From contig CAVGKI010000001.1 in NCBI GenBank assembly GCA_963629655.1, positions 1-61,166 on the forward strand: DNA of 61,166 nt. The letters are read 5' to 3'. The translations under genes and the position numbers were made by a program. This DNA is from Butyricicoccaceae bacterium. Its GTDB lineage: Bacteria > Bacillota > Clostridia > Oscillospirales > Oscillospiraceae. Position 1 is the first letter of the stretch. Each line of letters starts with the position of its first letter. Below are positions 19,226-28,401 of the stretch, one piece after another. The notes under the pieces are model-generated. The model was not told the origin of the DNA and made no database searches. It saw nothing but the letters and a program-made list of their open reading frames with translations.

Positions 19226-19260
19226 AAGCTTGCTTATATTAAATTATTTTAAGCAAGCTT
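19226..19260. promoter_or_regulatory. Inverted repeat, candidate LacI-family operator overlapping the -35 of the regulator gene promoter
   Basis: aagcttgctta (19226-19236) and taagcaagctt (19250-19260) are perfect 11-bp inverted arms with a 13-nt spacer. A TTGCCT, 17 nt, TATACT promoter (19259-19287) starts inside the right arm. Confidence 0.45.
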
Positions 19261-19335
19261 GCCTTTTTGCATTCTTTGGTGTATACTTCTTTCAGTATCG
19301 CGCAAATATTTTTGACTTCGACGGAATTTTTTGAT

Positions 19336-20328
19336 ATGCCTACCTTGAAAGATATTGCCGCAAAATGCGGCACCTCCACCGCAACCGTGTCATACGTGCT
19401 CTCCGGGCACGGCACGGAAAAGCGCATTTCCCCGGAGATGCAGGCACAGATAAGAGAGATCGCTGAAGCGATGGACTACGCCCCTAAGGGGCGCAGCCGC
19501 AGCGCGCTGAAATACCGCGTGGCTGTCTATTTCCCGCTCAACGACCTGAAAATGCTGCTGCCGACGTTTTGGGACGGGTTCAACAGCGCCATCAATGTCG
19601 AGACGGCAAGCATCGACATCATCCTGCGCCCGTTCGAGCAGAACAAGCTGCACCTGCAGCGCGATTTATGGAGCGCGGAAAAGAACCTCGCCGCGCTGGT
19701 CATCTCCCCCGGCGGGCTGGATCTCGCCGGTCTGGCGGAAACGCCGACCGCCGTGCCGGTCATTCTGCTCAACCGCACCCTGCCCAATTACTCCTCCGTC
19801 AGCGTGGATCAGCTTGAATCCGGGCGCATGGCGGCAAAGCACGCCATGAAAAAGGGCGGGTCGGACATTATCCTCGTCTCGTCCAATGCGCTCTTCGGCG
19901 TGACGTGGCGCAGCAACGCCTTTCTCGACTGCTGCCGCAGCAACGGGGTCAGCCTTGAAAACCGCGTCTATTATGCCGACCCGGACATTGCCGCCGGCTA
20001 TGAGCTGGGCAAGCGCCTGATTAAGACGGGGAACACGGCAAAGGTGATAGTGTGCACATATGACATGACTGCCCTGGGCATCGCCTCCGCGCTCACGGAG
20101 AGCGGCGTTGCCGTCGGGCGCGAGGTGCAGATAATCGCGACCTGTTCAAGCAGTGAGGAGCTTTTTGCGCACTATACCCCGCCGATAACGGTAGTCGACC
20201 TGCGGCTGAGAGATGCCTGCCAGATGGCGATGCGCCTTGCGATGGACATCGCGACGGGGCGCGCGAGCTATCCGCAGGATATATCCATCCGCCCCGTGAT
20301 GATCTACCGGCAGTCCTGCCCGCTGTGA
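19336..20328 (+). CDS. LacI family transcriptional regulator
   Basis: MPTLKDIAAKCGTSTATVSYVLSG is a LacI HTH, followed by a periplasmic-binding-protein-like sensor domain. Start moved to the ATG at 19336. Confidence 0.88.
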   Translation: MPTLKDIAAKCGTSTATVSYVLSGHGTEKRISPEMQAQIREIAEAMDYAPKGRSRSALKYRVAVYFPLNDLKMLLPTFWDGFNSAINVETASIDIILRPFEQNKLHLQRDLWSAEKNLAALVISPGGLDLAGLAETPTAVPVILLNRTLPNYSSVSVDQLESGRMAAKHAMKKGGSDIILVSSNALFGVTWRSNAFLDCCRSNGVSLENRVYYADPDIAAGYELGKRLIKTGNTAKVIVCTYDMTALGIASALTESGVAVGREVQIIATCSSSEELFAHYTPPITVVDLRLRDACQMAMRLAMDIATGRASYPQDISIRPVMIYRQSCPL

Positions 20329-20347
20329 TACTTCCAAGCGCAAAAAT

Positions 20348-20381
20348 TTGACCCGGCGGTGCTCTCGCACCGTCGGGTCAA
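20348..20381. terminator. Bidirectional terminator between the LacI gene and atpC
   Basis: 15-bp stem ttgacccggcggtgc / gcaccgtcgggtcaa (one G-T pair), flanked by an A-run and a T-rich run. Confidence 0.7.
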
Positions 20382-20399
20382 TTTGCTATATTTTATTGC

Positions 20400-20666
20400 T
20401 TATTCGGCGAGCCTCGCGTCCGACGCGAGCACCGTGACGACATTCTCGGACACCTCGGCGATGCCGCCGCCGACCTCGATGACAGCGCCGCCATCCTCGC
20501 CCATGCCGCAGCGGATGCGGCCGCGCTCAAGCGCGCACACCATGGGCGCATGCCCCGTGAGTATGCCGACAGAGCCGGAGACCGTGGGCAGATTGACATA
20601 GCTGACCGTCTCGTCAAAGACGGTGCTGTCCTGCGTCACAACGCACAGATGCAGCTTACTTTCCAT
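20400..20666 (-). CDS. atpC: F1 ATP synthase epsilon subunit, beta-sandwich domain only (88 aa)
   Basis: LHLCVVTQDSTVFDETVSYVNLPTVSGSVGILTGHAPMVCALERG...VTVLASDA matches the epsilon N-terminal domain. The ORF stops where the C-terminal helical hairpin normally begins. Confidence 0.85.
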   Translation of the reverse strand: MESKLHLCVVTQDSTVFDETVSYVNLPTVSGSVGILTGHAPMVCALERGRIRCGMGEDGGAVIEVGGGIAEVSENVVTVLASDARLAE

Positions 20667-20676
20667 GTCCTATCCC

Positions 20677-22080
<1,404 letters not shown>

Positions 22081-22109
22081 TTATAGTAAAGGGGTTTGTG
22101 CTATACGAT

Positions 22110-22961
22110 TTACATCATTGCGCTGCCGCCGACGATCTCGGATATCTCCGTGGTGATGGCGGCCTGTCTTGCGTGGTTAAGCTCCAGCGTGAGGGTGGCT
22201 ATAAGCTCCTCGGTGTTGTCCGTGGCGGCGGTCATCGCCGTCATGCGCGCCGAATGCTCGCCGGTCTTTGCCTCCAGCAGGACGGAATAGACCGTGTTGC
22301 TGATATAAAGCTCGACAAGCGAGTCGAGTACGGACGATGCGTCCGGCTCGAAGATATAGTCCCCGGTGATGCCGTGCTGCTCCTCCATCGTGGGAACAGG
22401 CAGCAGCGTGAGCCGCCCCGGTGTCTGCGAGAGGACAGACTTGAACTGCTGATACAGCAGCACGATCTCGTCCGCCTCGCCGCTAAGGTAGAGCTCCTTG
22501 AGATAATCGGTGAGCGCGCGGCATTCCTGCGCGGTGGGTGTGTCGCTGATATCGTCAAAAACACGCTTGACATTGATACCGGCGGCTTCAAAGCTCTCCT
22601 TGCCCCAGCGCCCGCACACCACCGCACAGCTCTCGCCGCCGTCGGCGGCAAGCTGCTCCTCGGCGTAGTGCAGCAGCGCGGAATTGTACACTCCGCAAAG
22701 ACCTCTGTTGCCGACAAAGATGACATAGCAGCGCCGTTTGACCTCGTCCCTCGCCTTGAGGAAGGGGTTGTCGGAATCCGACACGTTGCCCATCAGGTGC
22801 GAGAGGATGAAGCGGCTTTTATCGGAAAAGCTCTTGAGATTGCCGACAGCCGTCTGGGTGTGGCGGCGCTTTGTCGCCGCGACGACCTTCATGGACTTTG
22901 TTATCTGCCGGGTGTTCTCAATGCTCTTTATCCTTGTTCGGATAGCGCGCATATTTGCCAT
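22110..22961 (-). CDS. atpG: F1 ATP synthase gamma subunit
   Basis: MANMRAIRTRIKSIENTRQITKSMKVVAATK... Start set at ATG 22961, 6 nt after GAAGGAGGTG (the ORF-track GTG at 22970 lies inside the SD). Confidence 0.93.
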   Translation of the reverse strand: MANMRAIRTRIKSIENTRQITKSMKVVAATKRRHTQTAVGNLKSFSDKSRFILSHLMGNVSDSDNPFLKARDEVKRRCYVIFVGNRGLCGVYNSALLHYAEEQLAADGGESCAVVCGRWGKESFEAAGINVKRVFDDISDTPTAQECRALTDYLKELYLSGEADEIVLLYQQFKSVLSQTPGRLTLLPVPTMEEQHGITGDYIFEPDASSVLDSLVELYISNTVYSVLLEAKTGEHSARMTAMTAATDNTEELIATLTLELNHARQAAITTEISEIVGGSAMM

Positions 22962-23036
22962 ATGCCCCACCTCCTTCTTTTATGATTCACCCGCAGCGGG
23001 CGAGCGCACGGCGCGCCCGCTGCGGGGCTTGGGGAA

Positions 23037-25274
23037 TCAACCCCGCTTGAACTCCTCTATCACGGCGCGCAGCTTGTCTTGGCTCTCCTTGCTAAGCTTT
23101 CTGCCGCTGAGGATCTCATCGTGCAGCTCGGGATAATGCTTGTTGACATAGGGGATAAGCTCTTTTTCAAACTCTGCTATGTCCTTGACCTCCACATCGT
23201 CCGCGTAGCCCTCGGAGGCGGCGAAGATGGAGATGACCTGGTCGGCGGCATCCATCGGCGAGTAGCACGGCTGCTTCAAAAGCTCCGTCATTCTGTCGCC
23301 GCGGTGGAGGGTGTCGCGCGTCGCCTTGTCAAGGTCAGAGCCGAACTGCGAGAACGCTGCCAGCTCTCTGTACTGCGCCAGATCCATTCTCAGTCGTCCC
23401 GCAAACTGCTTCATCGCGCCGAGCTGTGCGCTGCCGCCGACACGGGACACGGAAAGACCCACGTTGACAGCCGGACGCACGCCGGAGTTGAAGAGGTCGG
23501 TTTCGAGGAATATCTGACCGTCGGTGATGGAAATGACGTTTGTGGGGATGTAGGCGGAGATGTCGCCCGCCTGCGTCTCGATGATGGGCAGAGCCGTCAT
23601 GCTGCCGCCGCCCAGCTCGTCACTGAGTCTCGCGGCGCGCTCAAGCAGTCTGGAGTGCAGATAGAAAACATCGCCGGGGTACGCTTCACGTCCGGGCGGA
23701 CGGTGCAGCAGCAGCGACAGCTCGCGGTAAGCGACAGCCTGCTTGCTCAAATCATCGTAGATGATGAGCACATCCTTGCCCTTGTACATGAAGTATTCGC
23801 CCATTGCCGCGCCGGAATAGGGCGCGATATAGAGCATGGGGGCAGGCTCGGATGCCGTGGCGCTGACAACAATGGAGTAATCCATTGCGCCGTGCTCGCG
23901 CAGCTTATCGACAAAGCTGGCAACCGTGGACTCTTTCTGACCTATGGCAACATAGATGCAGATCATGTCCTTGCCCTTCTGGTTGATGATGGTGTCAAGC
24001 GCGATGGAGGTCTTGCCCGTCTGGCGGTCGCCGATGATAAGCTCACGCTGACCGCGCCCGATAGGAATGAGCGCGTCGATCGCCTTGATGCCGGTCTGCA
24101 TAGGCGTGGAAACACTCTTGCGTTCGATAACGCCGGGAGCCTTCGTCTCGATGGGGCGCGTCTCGGTGGTACGCACTCTGCCCTTGCCGTCGATGGGACG
24201 GCCGAGGGAATCGACCACGCGCCCAAGCAGCGCCTCGCCCACGGGCACCTCGATAATGCGCCCGGTGCGGCGAACCTCGTCGCCCTCCTGCACGTAGTCG
24301 TAGTTGCCCAGCAGCACAACGCCGACATTGTCCCGCTCAAGGTCCATGACCATGCCGCGCAAATCGCCCTTGAACTCCAGAAGCTCGCCCGCCATAACGT
24401 CGGCAAGCCCGCTCACGCGGCAGATACCGTCGGAAAGCGACGTGACATGCCCGGTCTGATACGTCTCCATATCCTTGGGGGCGTTGGCGAGCTTGTCGCG
24501 GAACGCGCCGACCATGTCGTCGGTGTCCTCCGTCTCGGCGACGGAGCGGCGCACGCGGTCGAGCCGGCTGCGCACGGAGCCGTTGTAGAGAGAATCCCCT
24601 ACGGCAACGCACACGCCCGCAATGAGCGCGTCATCGCGCGCAACTGTGACATTCACGGCATCTTCGCCGAATTTATCCTTGAGAATTTGGGTGATCTTTG
24701 CCGCGTCCTCATCCGTCAGCTCCGCGCCGGCGGTGATTGTGGCATTGAGCTTCTCGCCGGAGGCGAGCTTCACCCTGTCGCTCTGGTTGATGACGAGCTT
24801 TTCGGGCAGCTCATCTATAAAGCGGGCAATGAGGCGCTTTTTACTCTCGGGGTCTGCCTGGCGCAGCATATCCGCCGCCGCGTCCGTCAGCTCCTTTGCC
24901 GCCTCGCTGTTAAAGCGGCGCTGCATATCGAAGCACATCTGCTCGTAGCTGCTGGCGTTGTCCGCCTCCGCCACGGCGCGCAGATGCTCCTCCTCGCGCT
25001 CGGACTCCTGCGAGAGCGCGGCAGCCTCGGCGTTCGCCTCGGCAATTATCCTGTCGCAGTCGCTTTTGCCCTCTGCAGTGACCGTTTCCATGCTCTCTCT
25101 GAGCTCGGCAGCGTTCACCTGCGCCTGCTTGGAATGCTCGATCTCGCCGGAAACCTTGTCGCGGTAGTCCGTGTAGAATTTCACGGCGAGCTTTTTGCCG
25201 AATTTGTACACGCCAAAGGCGAGTATCGCAAAGTTGATGAGGTTAAAGAGTAAACTCCACTCAAACGATAACAT
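23037..25274 (-). CDS. atpA: Fusion ORF: b-like membrane/stalk segment + delta(OSCP)-like domain + complete F1 alpha subunit
   Basis: Residues 1-30 form a TM helix like subunit b ([22 protein letters not shown]). Residues 30-135 are an A/E/R-rich helix. Residues ~175-245 carry the delta C-terminal signature (...[30 protein letters not shown]). From ~254 on it is a canonical alpha (Walker [10 protein letters not shown]). It has its own SD (AAGGAGGGG) and ATG at 25274. No separate atpH or atpA exists in the operon. Confidence 0.85.
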   Translation of the reverse strand: MLSFEWSLLFNLINFAILAFGVYKFGKKLAVKFYTDYRDKVSGEIEHSKQAQVNAAELRESMETVTAEGKSDCDRIIAEANAEAAALSQESEREEEHLRAVAEADNASSYEQMCFDMQRRFNSEAAKELTDAAADMLRQADPESKKRLIARFIDELPEKLVINQSDRVKLASGEKLNATITAGAELTDEDAAKITQILKDKFGEDAVNVTVARDDALIAGVCVAVGDSLYNGSVRSRLDRVRRSVAETEDTDDMVGAFRDKLANAPKDMETYQTGHVTSLSDGICRVSGLADVMAGELLEFKGDLRGMVMDLERDNVGVVLLGNYDYVQEGDEVRRTGRIIEVPVGEALLGRVVDSLGRPIDGKGRVRTTETRPIETKAPGVIERKSVSTPMQTGIKAIDALIPIGRGQRELIIGDRQTGKTSIALDTIINQKGKDMICIYVAIGQKESTVASFVDKLREHGAMDYSIVVSATASEPAPMLYIAPYSGAAMGEYFMYKGKDVLIIYDDLSKQAVAYRELSLLLHRPPGREAYPGDVFYLHSRLLERAARLSDELGGGSMTALPIIETQAGDISAYIPTNVISITDGQIFLETDLFNSGVRPAVNVGLSVSRVGGSAQLGAMKQFAGRLRMDLAQYRELAAFSQFGSDLDKATRDTLHRGDRMTELLKQPCYSPMDAADQVISIFAASEGYADDVEVKDIAEFEKELIPYVNKHYPELHDEILSGRKLSKESQDKLRAVIEEFKRG

Positions 25275-25315
25275 TTGTCAGTCACCCCTCCTTTCTGCTG
25301 TCTTTCTTTTCTTGC

Positions 25316-25738
25316 TCATTCGCTCATGAGCCTTTCTGCCAGTGCCTTTGCCATCTCGTCCTTATCGGAATCGAGCTGCGCTCTGGCGTCCTTTGCCATT
25401 GCGTCCACGCGCGCCTTTGCGTCCTTGCGCTCATCGGCGTTCTCGGCGGTGAGGCGGCGGGCGTACTCCTCGCGCTTCTTGCCGTCCTCCGCTCTCTGAC
25501 GGGCGAGTATTGCCTTCGCCTCGTCGCGGCTGGCGGCTTTGTCCGCCTCGACGCGCGCCTGATTGGCGGCGGCATCGTCCTTGGCGGCGCGCTCTGTCTC
25601 AAGCGCCGCGTCTATGCGCGCCTGACGCTCCGCCATGAATTTCGTGACGGGCTTATAAAGGAACTTATCAAGAATGAACAGCAAAACGAAGAAGCTGACT
25701 ATGGTGAGAACAAGCTCTGAAATATTGATACTCAGCAT
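25316..25738 (-). CDS. atpF: Fo ATP synthase subunit b
   Basis: 140 aa: an N-terminal TM helix (LVLTIVSFFVLLFILDKFLYKPV), then an A/E/K/R-rich coiled coil. Confidence 0.9.
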   Translation of the reverse strand: MLSINISELVLTIVSFFVLLFILDKFLYKPVTKFMAERQARIDAALETERAAKDDAAANQARVEADKAASRDEAKAILARQRAEDGKKREEYARRLTAENADERKDAKARVDAMAKDARAQLDSDKDEMAKALAERLMSE

Positions 25739-25833
25739 ATTTATCTCCTTCAGCCGCCTTTATGTACTCACGAGCACCCCTGCCGGCGGCAGACACGGGG
25801 CAACGCACACCGCGCATGCGCGCGGCTGGGTTC

Positions 25834-26085
<252 letters not shown>

Positions 26086-26099
26086 TTATTTAATTACTC

Positions 26100-26765
26100 T
26101 TAATCTTCACCGGCGGCTTCCGAAATGTAAATCGAAAGCAGCATGGTGAACACCAGTGCCTGTATCAGGCAGAACAGCAGCGACAGCACGTTCATCAGCA
26201 GCGGGGCGATCACGGGGAACAGCTTGTAGAGGTTTTCCGTGACCATTTCTTCGCCGTAGAGGTTGCCGTAAAGTCGCAGAGCCAGAGAGAACGGACGGGT
26301 GAACTGCTCAATGATGGTCAGCGGCAGCATCACGCTCAAAAACGACTTCAGATAGCCGCCCACGCCGCGTTCCTTGACACCGACGGTGTGGATGGTGAAG
26401 AAGCCGACAAGCGCCAGCGCCGCAGTGACCGAGAGGTTCGCCGTTGGGACTTTAAAGCCCTTGTAGTGACCCGCGCCGGGGATCAGACCGGAATAGTTGC
26501 TGACAATGATGAAGATAAAGAGCGTGGCGAGCACCGGGAAATATTTCTGCGCCATTTTCGCGCCGAGAATATCGCCGTAGTACCCCTGAAGCTTGCTCAC
26601 GACCTGCTCCGCGATATTCTGAAGCGGACCGGGCACATCCTTCATGTTCCTCGTGGCAAGGATGGACAGCACCGCCAGCACCGCGATTATCACCCACATT
26701 GTCACGACCGTGCCGGTGATCTCCACAGGACCGATCGAGAACAGGACGCTACTTGTTTCTTCCAT
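26100..26765 (-). CDS. atpB: Fo ATP synthase subunit a
   Basis: 221 aa, polytopic, with the conserved Arg in FSLALRLYGNLYGEE. Confidence 0.9.
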   Translation of the reverse strand: MEETSSVLFSIGPVEITGTVVTMWVIIAVLAVLSILATRNMKDVPGPLQNIAEQVVSKLQGYYGDILGAKMAQKYFPVLATLFIFIIVSNYSGLIPGAGHYKGFKVPTANLSVTAALALVGFFTIHTVGVKERGVGGYLKSFLSVMLPLTIIEQFTRPFSLALRLYGNLYGEEMVTENLYKLFPVIAPLLMNVLSLLFCLIQALVFTMLLSIYISEAAGED

Positions 26766-26838
26766 CTTATCACCTCCATTTGCTAAAATTTTTTGCCGTG
26801 GTTTTTTGCTGCCGGCACACTATATAATCTGCACGGAC

Positions 26839-26868
26839 ATTATAAAATGCGCCGCAATAAATTGTAAA
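26839..26868 (-). promoter_or_regulatory. Candidate promoter of the atp operon
   Basis: Minus strand reads TTTACA, 18 nt, TATAAT, about 75 nt upstream of atpB. The -35 is part of a duplicated 14-mer. Confidence 0.4.
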
Positions 26869-27285
26869 GTCCAATTCGTACAAGTGCCATAAAATTGCAT
26901 TTATAGACTGTAAAGTACAATTTATTTAAGATAAATGCAAAAATTTCTATATGGGCGGCATTCCGTGCACACCGCCGCATCGTCACCGCCTAAAGCGGCT
27001 CTTTTTGCAAAGAATATAATACCATTCCTCCGCCGCGTTTTCAACACATTTTATCGCACACTTGCGCCGTTTTGTGAAATAAGCGCACTTTGGGGGCGTT
27101 TTTTTAACGCTTTCGTTTGCATTTCCGCGCATACGTAAACTCTTGTCAACGAAAATTGAAGCGCAGTTGAATAAACGTTGAATTTGCGCTGCGATTTGGG
27201 GCGATAAAAGCCAATACTGCTATCCGTAAAACCAAAGATTCTAGCAGACAGCAGTATTATATCTAGTATTATATCTTATATATTA

Positions 27286-28401
27286 TTATCGAACCAAGCG
27301 CAATATTGCATCGCCGTAGTCGGCGCAGGTCGCGCCGTCGGGCTGCCCCGTGATGACAACGGGGCAGGTGTCGAGCGCCGCCTCCAGCTTCTCCGCCGCA
27401 GATGTGCGCCCGATGTGCCGCAGGAGCATTGCCTCCGCCTTCAGGATGCTTTGGGGATTGGCATAAGCGCCCATGCCGCGCTCGATCATGCGCGGGGCAG
27501 AGCCGTGGATGGCTTCAAACATGGCGTAGCGGTCGCCGAGGTTGGCACTGCCCGCCGTGCCGACACCGCCCTGAATCTGCGCCGCCTCGTCGGTGATGAT
27601 GTCTCCGTAGAGGTTGGGCAGCAGCAACACCTGAAACTGACTGCGGATATTCTCGTTGACGAGATTTGCCGCCATGATGTCAATGTAATAATCATCGACC
27701 GTGATTTCGGGATAATCCTTCGCCACCTCGTGACAGACGGCGGTGAACTTCCCGTCCGTCTTTTTGAGAATATTTGCCTTCGTGATGACGGATACGCGCG
27801 TTTTGCCGTTGCGGCGCGCGTAGTCAAACGCCGCGCGGGCGATGCGGCGCGTTCCGGGGTCGGTCGTGACCTTGAAGTCCACCGCCATGCCGGGCAGCTC
27901 CACCCCGCGGCTGCCGAGGGCATACTCCCCCTCCGTATTCTCGCGGAAGAACATCCAGTCGATGCCCTGAGCCGGAATTGTCACGGGGCGGACGTTGGCA
28001 TAGAGATCCAGCGCGCGGCGCAGCTTCACGTTCGCGCTCTCAAGACTGCCGCCCATAGGCGTTGTCGTCGGTCCCTTGAGCAGCACGTCGCAGTCCATAA
28101 TCTCTGCAAGCACATCGTCCGGGACTGCCTGCCCGCATGCCAGCCGGTTTTCGAGCGTGAGGCCGCGAATGCGCCGCAGCGCGATGCTGCCGCGCGCGAT
28201 CTCCTCCGCCAGCAGCTGCTCCAGCACGCGCACCGCCTGCTCCATGATAACAGGTCCGATGCCGTCGCCGTCCGCAAGACCGACGGTCACCGTCTCCTTT
28301 GCCGCATAGTCCACCCGCTCGGCCGTCATTGCCGCCGTGCGGGCACTCTGCTCCTCAAGCAGCCTGCGAAACTGCGCGCAGGCAAGATCCAGCTCGTTCA
28401 T
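27286..28401 (-). CDS. icd: Isocitrate dehydrogenase (isocitrate/isopropylmalate dehydrogenase family)
   Basis: VTVGLADGDGIGPVIM..., LLKGPTTTP, LDLYANVRP, NLYGDIITDEAAQIQGGVGTAGSAN. Start at ATG 28401 in an ATGA overlap with the aconitase stop. Confidence 0.85.
   Translation of the reverse strand: MNELDLACAQFRRLLEEQSARTAAMTAERVDYAAKETVTVGLADGDGIGPVIMEQAVRVLEQLLAEEIARGSIALRRIRGLTLENRLACGQAVPDDVLAEIMDCDVLLKGPTTTPMGGSLESANVKLRRALDLYANVRPVTIPAQGIDWMFFRENTEGEYALGSRGVELPGMAVDFKVTTDPGTRRIARAAFDYARRNGKTRVSVITKANILKKTDGKFTAVCHEVAKDYPEITVDDYYIDIMAANLVNENIRSQFQVLLLPNLYGDIITDEAAQIQGGVGTAGSANLGDRYAMFEAIHGSAPRMIERGMGAYANPQSILKAEAMLLRHIGRTSAAEKLEAALDTCPVVITGQPDGATCADYGDAILRLVR

Noticed and set aside
26935-27138. 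A 67-aa ORF in the long region upstream of the atp operon, considered as atpI or a small regulator.
   Set aside because: It is on the wrong strand for the operon, has no SD and no membrane-helix pattern like AtpI, and has a Phe/Arg/Ala-rich composition typical of chance ORFs.
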